From an uncultured Candidatus Poseidoniales archaeon (GTDB lineage: Archaea > Thermoplasmatota > Poseidoniia > Poseidoniales > Thalassarchaeaceae), in NCBI GenBank assembly GCA_902625325.1, contig CACOAW010000007.1, forward strand, positions 16,262 to 80,261: a stretch of 64,000 bases of DNA, written 5' to 3'. The position numbers were made by a program, and so were the translations under genes. The stretch's first letter is position 1, and each line of letters begins with the position of its first letter. The notes beneath the pieces are model-generated. The model was not told the origin of the DNA and made no database searches. It worked only from the letters and a program-made list of their open reading frames with translations. This document shows positions 18,780 to 28,360 of the stretch, in pieces.

Positions 18780-20549
18780 ATGAGAGTGGCTGTTCTTCTC
18801 GAGGAGAGGTGCAAACCGAACAGCAATGCCTTTGCGTATCTGAAGAAGTATTCAGAGATGTGCGAAAGAGAGTGCATTCAAGTAGAAGGATCAAAATGCA
18901 AAATACTAGAGACGGCATGTCCCGTTTGCTTTACCCGAGCCAAGCACTGTCCCGATGGGGCCGTGAAAATCATCAATCTTCCAGAGGAACTGGACACAGA
19001 CCTCACTCATTCCTACGGTGAGAACGCATTCAGATTGTTCCGCCTGCCTTCTCCTCGACAAGAGCAGATAGTAGGAATACTAGGCCCCAATGGAATTGGA
19101 AAGTCCACAGCCATAAACCTCCTTTCTGGAACATTCAGGCCAAATCTAGGGGATTGGGCAAATTCTTCACCAGATTGGGACGAAGTAATTTCCACGTTCC
19201 CAAGAGGTGAACTCAGAGACTACCTCGTAATGGTGTCTACAGGGGAGGTCAACATTGCGGTAAAACCCCAGTACATAGATAAGTTACCGCGTATATTCGA
19301 TGGAGAAGTGAGGGAGCTTCTAGCAAGAGTAGATGATAGGGGAGAAATGGAAAACTACACTGAACTCATGGGAATCTCCCATATTCTAGACAGAAAACTT
19401 GGAGATCTTTCTGGTGGCGAATTGCAAAGGGTGGCCATTTGTGCTACCCTACTCAAGGAAGCCGACGTCTACTTCTTCGATGAGCCATCTTCATACTTGG
19501 ACATATATGAGAGAATGAGGATGGTGGGAGTGGTTAGGGGGCTCGCAGATAGGGGAAAGAGGGTACTGGTAGTAGAGCACGATTTGGCAATTCTGGATGT
19601 CCTCTGTGATTTGATCCACGTCATCTATGGAGAGAGATCGGCCTATGGGATTTTCACTCCCCCCCGAACCACTAGGACTGCCATAAATGCATACCTTGAC
19701 GGGTTCCTCCCGGAGGAGAATGTCAGGATTAGAGACAAGCCGATACAGTTCCTGAGGGGACGAAATCGCGGTGAAGAGGTAGGCACTCCTATCCTAAAAT
19801 GGGGAGACATAGAGAAGACTCTAGGTGACTTCAGCCTGACCACAGGAAAGGGCGAGGTGAAGTCCGCCGAAGTCGTAGGAGTAGTTGGTCCGAATGCCAC
19901 AGGAAAGACAACTCTGGTGAAGATAATTGCAGGAGAGGTAGATCCCGACGAAGGTTGGTGTACCATGGATGCAAAGGTATCCTACAAACCTCAGCACGTC
20001 CGTGCAGACTTCGAGGGAACCGTACAAGAATGGCTAGACACGGAGATAGGAGGAAAATGGCGAAATGGCGAATTCCATACCCAAGTAACTAGGGCCCTAC
20101 AAGTTGACAAAATGGTTGACTTACATGCGACTAAACTTTCAGGAGGAGAACTTCAGGCCGTTAGTATCGCTATCTGCCTGGGAAAGGAGGCGGATCTGTA
20201 TCTGTTCGACGAGCCCAGTGCACATCTAGATGCCAATGCTAGAATGGAAGCTGCAAAAGCAATCAGAAGGACCATGGAAAGTAATGAGAAGGCTGCGATG
20301 GTCATAGACCATGACACCTACTTCCTCGACATAGTTAGCGACTCTGTTCTGGTATTCCAAGGAGAGGGGGGAGATCACGGAAATGCCATTGGTCCACTAT
20401 CACTCCGAGAGGGAATGAACCTTTTTCTATCCGATGCCGATGTTACTTTCAGGAGGGACATAGAATCACATCGTCCAAGGATAAACAAGCCTTCTAGCAG
20501 GAAGGACCGAGAGCAGAAATCATCCGGTGAATACTTCTACTCCGACTGA
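18780..20549 (+). CDS. abcE1: ABCE1 / RNase L inhibitor-type ribosome recycling ATPase
   Basis: N-terminal Cys-rich ferredoxin-like region (CPVCFTRAKHCPDGA). Two ABC cassettes with GPNGIGKST/LSGGELQRV and GPNATGKTT/LSGGELQAV. Confidence 0.9.
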   Translation: MRVAVLLEERCKPNSNAFAYLKKYSEMCERECIQVEGSKCKILETACPVCFTRAKHCPDGAVKIINLPEELDTDLTHSYGENAFRLFRLPSPRQEQIVGILGPNGIGKSTAINLLSGTFRPNLGDWANSSPDWDEVISTFPRGELRDYLVMVSTGEVNIAVKPQYIDKLPRIFDGEVRELLARVDDRGEMENYTELMGISHILDRKLGDLSGGELQRVAICATLLKEADVYFFDEPSSYLDIYERMRMVGVVRGLADRGKRVLVVEHDLAILDVLCDLIHVIYGERSAYGIFTPPRTTRTAINAYLDGFLPEENVRIRDKPIQFLRGRNRGEEVGTPILKWGDIEKTLGDFSLTTGKGEVKSAEVVGVVGPNATGKTTLVKIIAGEVDPDEGWCTMDAKVSYKPQHVRADFEGTVQEWLDTEIGGKWRNGEFHTQVTRALQVDKMVDLHATKLSGGELQAVSIAICLGKEADLYLFDEPSAHLDANARMEAAKAIRRTMESNEKAAMVIDHDTYFLDIVSDSVLVFQGEGGDHGNAIGPLSLREGMNLFLSDADVTFRRDIESHRPRINKPSSRKDREQKSSGEYFYSD

Positions 20550-20550
20550 G

Positions 20551-21093
20551 ATGGACCATTGGCTTCTTGAGGGACTATCGCGGCCCAACATTGTGGCTGA
20601 GGAGTCAGAAGACGGCGGGTCAGAGGAATCACTCACTGAGGAAGTGGATTTCGAAGCTAGGGTTTCCGAACTGGAGGAGGAACTTCAGTATGCCAAGGCA
20701 GAAACAGTAAACATCGCCCAAAGAGCTGCTAGGGACCGTTCTGAGACTCTGAAGTACGGCGGCGCCTCTCTCGCAAGGAGGCTCATTCCAGCTTTAGACC
20801 ACCTCTCTAAGGCTCTAGAAGCTACAGAAGTAGGTGAAGGGACAGAGTCAGTAATTGCAGGCGTGAAACTTACCCTAGATGGACTCAGGTCATCTCTTGA
20901 ATCAGAGGGAATCAATGAGATCAAAGCCTTAGGAAATGACTTCGATCCTACTTGCATGGAGGCGATTGCTACAGTACCTTGCCCAGAAGGTAAAAATCCT
21001 GGAAGTGTAATAGAAGTCATCGAAACTGGATACAGGATGCACGAACGCATCCTCAGAGCATCAAAAGTTGTTGTCGCTGAGGTTGACTCGTGA
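20551..21093 (+). CDS. grpE: Nucleotide exchange factor GrpE
   Basis: An acidic N-terminus, a coiled coil and a C-terminal beta domain containing ETGYRMHERILRASKVVV. The ATG lies 1 nt after the ABCE1 stop. Confidence 0.8.
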   Translation: MDHWLLEGLSRPNIVAEESEDGGSEESLTEEVDFEARVSELEEELQYAKAETVNIAQRAARDRSETLKYGGASLARRLIPALDHLSKALEATEVGEGTESVIAGVKLTLDGLRSSLESEGINEIKALGNDFDPTCMEAIATVPCPEGKNPGSVIEVIETGYRMHERILRASKVVVAEVDS

Positions 21094-21587
21094 GTAAGAA
21101 AGGTAGAGCCTACCTGCTCGTGTTTGGAATAATTATTACATATGCTGGAGTAGTATTTGCTATACAGATTGCAGCCCCAGATAACCCAATAGAACCGGAC
21201 AATTTCCCAACCAAATGTCCCGAAGATTCGATTAATTGCTCATTAATCGCACCAAATCACCATAGAAGTGGAAACCTCACAGAGATCAGAATCAACGCTA
21301 GTTTACTCGAGGTAATGGATGAAGTCAGGAAATGGATTGATTCCCAATCGGGAACAAATACCATAGGAGATTGGCCCGAACAAACCCATGCAGTATTCAG
21401 AACCCTAATCCTGAGGTTTCCAGACGATTTCTTGGTGCAAGGTTTCTGTGATAATGGCGATAGCGTACTGTACGTTTACTCACAGTCTCGCCTCGGTATT
21501 TCTGATCTAGGAGTCAATAAAGCGCGAGTCGAGAGCTTTGCTGAGCATATGGTCAATGTAGAAATGGCTACATCAGAATGCGTCTAG
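21090..21587 (+). CDS. DUF1499-like membrane-anchored protein
   Basis: An N-terminal TM segment. SQSRLGISDLGVNKARVESF resembles the DUF1499 signature. The GTG start overlaps the grpE stop (GTGA). Confidence 0.5.
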   Translation: MSKKGRAYLLVFGIIITYAGVVFAIQIAAPDNPIEPDNFPTKCPEDSINCSLIAPNHHRSGNLTEIRINASLLEVMDEVRKWIDSQSGTNTIGDWPEQTHAVFRTLILRFPDDFLVQGFCDNGDSVLYVYSQSRLGISDLGVNKARVESFAEHMVNVEMATSECV

Positions 21588-21605
21588 GAATGTCCGGCGC
21601 TAACC

Positions 21606-22661
21606 TTGTCTTCAATTATTGACCCCGATATTCGAAAAGCTCAGACCCTTCCGTCGGAATTCTACACAGATCCTGAAAAATTCGAGAACATCATGGAGGG
21701 ATTTTCGATGAATTGGCACTTCGCAGCCCATGAGAGCCAACTTTTAGGCAAGACCGCAATTGAGCTGAGACATCTTGAGAATTTGCTGGGAGAGCCGATG
21801 ATATTGGTATCCGGAGATGAGATAAGATGCATATCGAATGTGTGCACCCACAGAGGAATGCTATTGGTGGATGGAAGTTGCTCCAGAAGCACTCTTCAGT
21901 GCCCATATCACGGTCGAACCTTTACGTTAGACGGGACTATGAAATCGATGCCCGAGTTCGGCCTGACAGAAGACTTTCCGACTGCTCAAGATGATCTTAG
22001 AACATTCCCTTCTAAATCCTGGAAAGGACTTATTTTCACTGGTTTAGAGCCATCGGGTTTGAAAGCCTGCTTGAAGGAGATGGAAGCTAGGATTGGGTGG
22101 ATGCCAATAGAGAAATTCGAATATGACAATTCCAGGAATAGGTACTATGAAATCAGAGCAAATTGGGCCCTGTACGTTGATAACTACTTGGAGGGATTCC
22201 ACATACCATTCGTTCACAAAGATCTCAATAGTGCTCTGGACTACGGCGATTATAGAACTGAGATTTTCGATGGTGGAGTGCTACAGATTGGTATCGCCAG
22301 CGACGGAGAGGCCATCTTCGAGATTCCTGAAGAATCACCCGACTACGGGCTAAAAGTTGCGGCCTATTATTACTGGATTTATCCAGGTCTAATGCTCAAT
22401 TTCTACCCATGGGGCCTATCTGTCAACTTAGTCCTCCCATTGTCAGTTGATCGTACCAGGATAGAATACTATGGATTTGTATGGAACAAGAAATTCCTAG
22501 GGAAGGGTGCCGGAGGGGACTTGGACAAGGTCGAGGAGGAAGATCAATTTGTAGTGGAGTCGACACAGAGAGGGGTATCATCAGCGACTTACGAAAGAGG
22601 GCGTTACTCCCCTTCCAAGGAGATCGGTGTCCATCACTTCCATCAAATGCTTAGTTCTTAG
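21606..22661 (+). CDS. Rieske [2Fe-2S] non-heme iron oxygenase, alpha-subunit type
   Basis: Rieske motif CTHRGMLL ... CPYHGRTF and a catalytic-domain segment NYLEGFHIPFVH. The annotated start is TTG. Confidence 0.8.
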   Translation: MSSIIDPDIRKAQTLPSEFYTDPEKFENIMEGFSMNWHFAAHESQLLGKTAIELRHLENLLGEPMILVSGDEIRCISNVCTHRGMLLVDGSCSRSTLQCPYHGRTFTLDGTMKSMPEFGLTEDFPTAQDDLRTFPSKSWKGLIFTGLEPSGLKACLKEMEARIGWMPIEKFEYDNSRNRYYEIRANWALYVDNYLEGFHIPFVHKDLNSALDYGDYRTEIFDGGVLQIGIASDGEAIFEIPEESPDYGLKVAAYYYWIYPGLMLNFYPWGLSVNLVLPLSVDRTRIEYYGFVWNKKFLGKGAGGDLDKVEEEDQFVVESTQRGVSSATYERGRYSPSKEIGVHHFHQMLSS

Positions 22662-22702
22662 ATTGAATTCATAACTAATCGTCCATTCGTTGTTTAGTGC
22701 CC

Positions 22703-24745
22703 ATGTCTCGCCAAGGAACATTTGCAACTCTTATTGTCTCTCTATTGTTGCTATCAGGATGTCTAAGTGATGAAACATCAGAAGATAACGAAATTGAAGA
22801 TTGTTCAGCAATCATAGGAGAACCATGTGAAATCGAAGATACTACCGTGGATGATGGAGTCTTTGAGCAAGAGATTTCAATATCGGGAAATAGATTCTGT
22901 GACAATACTAATCCGGACCATTGCCTTCTGCCATTCCCTTCGTCTGCATTCCTTGATCCTGATTCCGGAACCGCCACCGGGTATAGGTTGGACATCGATG
23001 GGCAGGCTATACCCGACTCAGCTTCCGCTTCATCAGAAGATTTTCATTTGCTAGATAACAAGGATGGCCACTCCCCTTCTACACAGATATTTACTACGTT
23101 TAGCAGCCTTCCAGATATTTCCGGACTAGCCTCCCAAGACTCCATCCCCTCATCGGTCCTCCCTGGACATAACAGTCTGGTTCTCAATATGGACACTGGC
23201 CAGATCGTCGAACATTGGGTGGAAATATCGTCCAGAACACAGGAAGACGAGGCAACCCTCGTCCATGTAAGAACCCTCAGAGGACTCGATCATAACGCAC
23301 AGTATGCAGTTGCATTCAGGAATCTGATAGATGGAAACGGTGAACATGTGGAACCATTCCTAGGATTCAAGGCCTTGAGAGATGGATCGATAACCGACAA
23401 TCAACAGATAGAGTCTCTCAGATCCAGCTACGAATCTATGTTCTCCTCTCTTTCTGAGATTGGCTATGATAGGCAGAATCTTACAAGTGCATGGTGGTTT
23501 CACACTGCATCCAGCCAGTCAATCATGGGGGATATAATCTCGATGAGAAATAATGCAACCCAACTTCTGGGCGAAGATGGGATAGGATGCAATATTACGG
23601 CGGTGAATGAGAATTATGCCGAAGACAATACAACTCTCAGGAGAATAAGTGGCACCATTACAACTCCTCATTATCTTGAGTCCACATATCCCCCAACACC
23701 TATGACCCGTTCAGAGGACGGAACTCCCAGATTCAATTTTCTGACAGAGGTTGTGTTCACAATTACGATTCCCAAGTCCGCTGCAGACGACTCAAAACCT
23801 GCACCGCTCGTGGTCCTTGGGCATGGCTTCATGGGAGATGGAGAGGGCATGGTCAATGAAGCCAGAGGCTGGGCTAATGAATACGGATTTGCTACCATTG
23901 GAACTGATTTTAAAGGTTGGAGCTCTGATGGAGACTTTGGTGCTTACACCTTCGCATTCCTAAATCCGAACTATCTACAACACCAGTCCGAGAGACTCCA
24001 GCAATCTTTGATCAACAATCTTGCAATGATTATCACAATCAAAGGGGTTTGCTCTGACCTTCCTGAATTTTACCACAACGGGGTGAACTTGGTGGACACT
24101 ACCGATATCGATTACATGGGAGTGTCACTTGGTGCAATAAGGGGCCCTTCAATGCTGTCTTTAATTCCAGAAATTGACCGAGGGGTTCTTTGGGTAGGCG
24201 GCTCATCTTTCAGCTTCATTGCCGAGAGATCCACACAGTATACCCAATTTGAGGAACTTTTCTCATCTCCTCTTGCTTACGAATCTACAATGGACAGATC
24301 GATACTTATCGCACTTATGCAATCTATGTGGGATACTACTGAGCCTGAAACGTACCTTCCTTTTCTTGACGGGGGGATGGAGGGAGAATTGCATCCCTAC
24401 GAGATACTCTATCTGGTTTCAATCAATGACGCGCAGGTCACGACACTCTCCGCGGATCGAGCTTCCAGGACTTCCGAAATCCCCGTTCTTTCAAACTCCA
24501 CACACCACCCATACGGTGTCGAAGTCGCCGATGCTCCGATTTCAGGTTCTGGTATTGTTTACTTCGATGGAAGATTCCCCGCAGTGCCATCAGGAAATAT
24601 ACAGGGGCCTATGGAGTATCATTCCCTTGCCCATAATCAAGTGCTGTATTACGATCCTGCCATGGACGTGGCTAATGGCTTTCTATTGAGCGGCGAGATT
24701 ACTGACACTTGTTCGGGTGAGTGTTACTTCGAAGGAATTTGGTAG
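22703..24745 (+). CDS. Secreted lipoprotein, putative alpha/beta-hydrolase-like enzyme
   Basis: Lipobox LLLLSGC. VVLGHGFMGDGEG and a nucleophile-elbow-like YMGVSLGAIRG. Otherwise no family recognised. Confidence 0.45.
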   Translation: MSRQGTFATLIVSLLLLSGCLSDETSEDNEIEDCSAIIGEPCEIEDTTVDDGVFEQEISISGNRFCDNTNPDHCLLPFPSSAFLDPDSGTATGYRLDIDGQAIPDSASASSEDFHLLDNKDGHSPSTQIFTTFSSLPDISGLASQDSIPSSVLPGHNSLVLNMDTGQIVEHWVEISSRTQEDEATLVHVRTLRGLDHNAQYAVAFRNLIDGNGEHVEPFLGFKALRDGSITDNQQIESLRSSYESMFSSLSEIGYDRQNLTSAWWFHTASSQSIMGDIISMRNNATQLLGEDGIGCNITAVNENYAEDNTTLRRISGTITTPHYLESTYPPTPMTRSEDGTPRFNFLTEVVFTITIPKSAADDSKPAPLVVLGHGFMGDGEGMVNEARGWANEYGFATIGTDFKGWSSDGDFGAYTFAFLNPNYLQHQSERLQQSLINNLAMIITIKGVCSDLPEFYHNGVNLVDTTDIDYMGVSLGAIRGPSMLSLIPEIDRGVLWVGGSSFSFIAERSTQYTQFEELFSSPLAYESTMDRSILIALMQSMWDTTEPETYLPFLDGGMEGELHPYEILYLVSINDAQVTTLSADRASRTSEIPVLSNSTHHPYGVEVADAPISGSGIVYFDGRFPAVPSGNIQGPMEYHSLAHNQVLYYDPAMDVANGFLLSGEITDTCSGECYFEGIW

Positions 24746-24755
24746 CATTGGTGAG

Positions 24756-25634
24756 TTAAATTCTCTCTTCCCTGTTTCCAGATGTCCAGTCGTAAATCCC
24801 CTTTCCTGTCTTTTTACCCAAATTTCCGGATTCCACCAGTTTCTTCAGTAGTGGGTGCGGTTTGTACGCATCGTCCTCAAAGGCCTCCGCCAAACTATTC
24901 AGAATATCCATCCTAACATCGAGACCCACCAGATCGGATAGCTCCAAAGGTCCCATGGGATGTCGATAACCTAATTTCATCGCAGTGTCAATATCACTTG
25001 CTGATGCAACTCCCTCTGCCAGCATTCTGATTGCCTCGTTTCCCAGAACTACCCCTAGTCTGCTGGTGGCGAATCCTGGAACGTCATTCACCAGTATCGT
25101 GGTCTTGCCCATAGATTCCCCTACTTTCTTAGAAATCGCGATCGTTTCCTCTGATGTTTCTCCGTGCTTCACTATCTCGAGTAACGGCATCAGCGGGACT
25201 GGATTGAAAAAGTGCAAACCGACAAACCTCCCGGGGGTTTGGATTTCAGTGGCAATCTCCGTAATGGAAAGCCCCGAGGTGTTTGTTGCAAGGACTGCTT
25301 CCTCGGGTGCCAAACCTTCCAACTCTCGGAAGACCGACTTCTTCAAGTCAATCTTCTCGGGAACTGCTTCTACAATCAGGTCCATACCTCTGGAAGCTTC
25401 CTCTATGCCCGAGGAAGTACGCAGGTTAGCCTTCCATGATGAAACCTCAACCTCTCCGTTCTTACCTTTCTCTATGCCCCTCTGCCAGAAATTCAGTATG
25501 CTCTCCTCGCCCTTCTTCAGAGATTCAGGAAATGCGTCGTAGAGTACAGTTTCCCATCCGGTCTGAGCGCAAACCTGGGCTATCCCAGATCCCATAGCGC
25601 CAGCGCCGATGATGCCCACTTTGCGAATTGTCAC
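24756..25634 (-). CDS. hbd: 3-hydroxyacyl-CoA (3-hydroxybutyryl-CoA) dehydrogenase
   Basis: Rossmann motif VGIIGAGAMGSGIAQV. NTSGLSITEIA, HFFNPVPLMPLLEIV and a C-terminal dimerisation domain. Confidence 0.9.
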   Translation of the reverse strand: MTIRKVGIIGAGAMGSGIAQVCAQTGWETVLYDAFPESLKKGEESILNFWQRGIEKGKNGEVEVSSWKANLRTSSGIEEASRGMDLIVEAVPEKIDLKKSVFRELEGLAPEEAVLATNTSGLSITEIATEIQTPGRFVGLHFFNPVPLMPLLEIVKHGETSEETIAISKKVGESMGKTTILVNDVPGFATSRLGVVLGNEAIRMLAEGVASASDIDTAMKLGYRHPMGPLELSDLVGLDVRMDILNSLAEAFEDDAYKPHPLLKKLVESGNLGKKTGKGIYDWTSGNREERI

Positions 25635-25668
25635 GAGATGCGGAGAGCATCTTCACCCATAAGCCGTA

Positions 25669-26262
25669 CTAATCCTCACGCCCGTATGCCGCGAGTGCTG
25701 ACTGGAATAGTCTTTGTCGAGGTACGTCATGCTCCAGGAAGCATGTGAATGGCGCTACGTCCTTCAAAAGCTCAATCGATGAAATGTATGCCCCATAAAC
25801 GAATGGGTCCGCCCTCTCTGTGGAAGGAATCTGAATACCCAGTTTTGACAGGCCTTTCCTGGTATCCTCGTCCCATATCGAGTAGGTGTGGTGAGTGAAG
25901 TGAAGATAAGCGGAGAGCCTCCTAACATCGGACCTCGCCTTGTCGGTCAAACTCTCGATAAGAAGGGTGTCTGGATACTTGATTGCGTATAGGGACAGCA
26001 GCACTTCTCGCTGTGTTTCCTCTTTCCATTCTCTCTTTCCAAGACCCATCCAATCGTCAATCATATCCAGCATCTCGGGAGTGTAAGGTCTACGGATTTT
26101 GTATAGCAACTCCTCGTATGAAGAAGAATCCTGGTCATCAGAGTGATGATGTTCGTGGAAAAGATCGGTCAGTCTCTCAAAGAACGGTCGGCATGCTTCT
26201 TTGTCAAATGAGGATAGCGCAACGTGCTGCATTATGGCCACCTCGACTATTTCCCCTTCCAC
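25669..26262 (-). CDS. Hypothetical protein, co-operonic with the diiron oxygenase
   Basis: A 197-aa ORF in the same orientation, overlapping the upstream gene's stop by 16 nt. An alternative start at 26232 would leave a 14-nt gap. His/Asp-rich segment HEHHHSDDQD. No family recognised. Confidence 0.4.
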   Translation of the reverse strand: MEGEIVEVAIMQHVALSSFDKEACRPFFERLTDLFHEHHHSDDQDSSSYEELLYKIRRPYTPEMLDMIDDWMGLGKREWKEETQREVLLSLYAIKYPDTLLIESLTDKARSDVRRLSAYLHFTHHTYSIWDEDTRKGLSKLGIQIPSTERADPFVYGAYISSIELLKDVAPFTCFLEHDVPRQRLFQSALAAYGRED

Positions 26263-27389
26263 TCTCTGTACTGTATCCAGTCTTCCTTCATGTACACGTT
26301 GACCAAGGTATCCTCGTCCTCATCAGTAGGAAGTACGGAATCCAAATAGGTCTGATATTCTTCTTCCGACCCTTCGAAGGATTCACCTTCTACGGTGTAA
26401 TTCTTCCCTGCATACTTGCCTATGCCCCTCTTGAACTTATCAGAGGGTATGTACAACTCGGGCTCTCCTTCCTTGCGGGCCTTGCTTATCCTGCGCATCT
26501 CCGCTCTGAGCTCCTGAAAGTAGAGGTCCCTGCTAGCCTCATTCAGGTGCTCTCTGTCTGCTTCTGTGTCAGCCTCTCTCTCGTCGTACCTACCTTTGAT
26601 TCCGTAGACGTATGCCCACTCCGCGCTGGTGGAGTCGTCTGTTCCGAAAAGGTCCAATCCGGTGCTAACCCACTTGTTGATGTATTTCTGAATGAGTGAG
26701 CATGGAATCACTCCCTGCTTGACTACCCTTCGAAGCCCGTTTGCTCCGGTTCCAAGGTGGAATGACTCTTCCTTTAGCATTGGTCCCATACTCGCAGCAA
26801 GCGGCTTGAAAGAGGAGGTGCTCAGCATCTTCAACTGGTACTTCCCGTCCCGGTCGATGAAGTGGGTGAACATGAAGAAGTCCAGCCAGTGGTCTATTGG
26901 TTCGTTGAAAGATCCGAGTATCCGAGTTCCCTCTTGGGCGTTCCTCTCGAGAAGCTTGGCAGCTTCCCTCACGCCTTGTTCTCCGAAGAACGTGCATAGC
27001 AAGTAGGCCATCTGCCAACCGTGCCTCTGCTCCTCACACATTATTCTCAAAGCCGATTTTTTGTCATACTCGGTCGGCGCTGTTTCTAGGAGATGGTTCT
27101 GCTGTTCTACGCTGGCGAATTCGGTATCTCCTTGGACGCTGACCATAGTGAGAATCGCGTCAGTGATGTTCTGTTGTGGGATTTGCATCCTTCTCTCCCA
27201 TTTGGGCATGCCCTCGAAGTCACCAAACTCTATTTCTCCACCCGCCGTATCCCAATCAAACTTGATATCGAAGCTGTAATCGCCCAACCAGGAGGGATCG
27301 AACCCAATTCTAGTCTGCCAGTCGTTGAACTCTTCAATCCAAGATTCAAAGTTTGTCGGGTAATTTTGAACTACCTCAGTATCTGCCAT
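26247..27389 (-). CDS. Ferritin-like diiron oxygenase of the PaaA/BoxB (acyl-CoA epoxidase) type
   Basis: Two E-x-x-H diiron motifs with appropriate spacing: CEEQRHGWQM and LKEESFHLGTG. Helical composition. Neighbours are CoA-thioester enzymes. Confidence 0.6.
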   Translation of the reverse strand: MADTEVVQNYPTNFESWIEEFNDWQTRIGFDPSWLGDYSFDIKFDWDTAGGEIEFGDFEGMPKWERRMQIPQQNITDAILTMVSVQGDTEFASVEQQNHLLETAPTEYDKKSALRIMCEEQRHGWQMAYLLCTFFGEQGVREAAKLLERNAQEGTRILGSFNEPIDHWLDFFMFTHFIDRDGKYQLKMLSTSSFKPLAASMGPMLKEESFHLGTGANGLRRVVKQGVIPCSLIQKYINKWVSTGLDLFGTDDSTSAEWAYVYGIKGRYDEREADTEADREHLNEASRDLYFQELRAEMRRISKARKEGEPELYIPSDKFKRGIGKYAGKNYTVEGESFEGSEEEYQTYLDSVLPTDEDEDTLVNVYMKEDWIQYREWKGK

Positions 27390-27449
27390 GTTTACCCCAA
27401 CATTAAGGGGTATTTCAGAGGTTGCCTTTCTTCTTTACAAATAGACAGC

Positions 27450-28343
27450 CTACTTTCCTTCAAACCTAGGTGTTTTCCTGTCAACGTATGCCTTGATACC
27501 TTCCTTTGCGTCTTCCGATTGGAATAGATCAGATTGCAACTCTCTTTCAAGGGCAAGATGGTACTCAAGCGGTATCTCCATACCGCTCTGTACGCTTCTC
27601 TTGATGTTCCCTATTGCCTTTGATGCTGCGAATGGTAGCGAGAACCTTCCAGCGTAGTCAAGAACATCCTGCCTGAACTCATCTAGGCTCAGTGAGTCAT
27701 AGATGTCGTGCACTAGGTCCATTTCCCTGGATTCCTCGAAAGAGAACTTCCTTCCTGTGACCATTATCTCCATTGCTTTGGCCTTTCCAACCAGTCTAGA
27801 CAGTCTAGCCGTTCCACCTGTACCTGCCAATACTCCGAGAGCGACCTCAGGCAGTCCTACCTGGTAATTGCCCTTTCTGGCTATTCGAATGTCAGCGGCC
27901 ATGGCAATTTCTAGTCCTCCCCCAACCGTATGTCCGTTAAGTGCGGCTATGACCAACTTTGGAGTCTGCTCCAAACGGGACAGAGTTTCGTTGGCGTGTA
28001 GGCAGAAGAAGTACTTGTACCTCGGAGACAGAGTGTTCAGATACTTTATGCTAGCACCCGCAGAGAAGAATTTTTCACCGTGTCCAGTTATCAGGATTAC
28101 CGATACGTCATCATTGAATCTTGCTTCAAGTATGGCATCGTCAATGTCGTGCCACATTTCCCTTGTATAGGTGTTCACCGGTGTCTTATCTCCCTCAAGT
28201 GGATCTCCGGCGGAATCGGAAATGAGCTCAATAATCGCGACTCCGTTTTCTGTCTCTCCGTAGTTAACGAGACGATTCTTCATGGGTTTGAGTTCTGGCC
28301 AGGACGTCATGAACCCACGACTTAGTCCAGCCATATCAATCAA
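27450..28343 (-). CDS. Enoyl-CoA hydratase/isomerase family protein (third paralog)
   Basis: FFSAGASIKYL and LNGHTVGGGLEIAMAADIRIA. Confidence 0.85.
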   Translation of the reverse strand: MIDMAGLSRGFMTSWPELKPMKNRLVNYGETENGVAIIELISDSAGDPLEGDKTPVNTYTREMWHDIDDAILEARFNDDVSVILITGHGEKFFSAGASIKYLNTLSPRYKYFFCLHANETLSRLEQTPKLVIAALNGHTVGGGLEIAMAADIRIARKGNYQVGLPEVALGVLAGTGGTARLSRLVGKAKAMEIMVTGRKFSFEESREMDLVHDIYDSLSLDEFRQDVLDYAGRFSLPFAASKAIGNIKRSVQSGMEIPLEYHLALERELQSDLFQSEDAKEGIKAYVDRKTPRFEGK

Positions 28344-28360
28344 ACGGAGACAATATTAGG

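Noticed and set aside
18404-19021. A 205-aa plus-strand ORF bridging the end of the second squalene/phytoene synthase gene and the start of ABCE1.
   Set aside because: It is out of frame with two strongly supported genes and spans their intergenic region. There is no motif content.
24985-25542. Long antisense shadow ORFs inside well-supported genes. Examples are 24985-25542, 7597-8064, 28377-28946, 25983-26699, 11047-11382, 14656-15120, 43393-43863 and 47146-47607.
   Set aside because: Each lies entirely within, and opposite to, a CDS with strong family motifs. Their translations are Ser/Pro/Arg-rich and low-complexity, typical of frame shadows.
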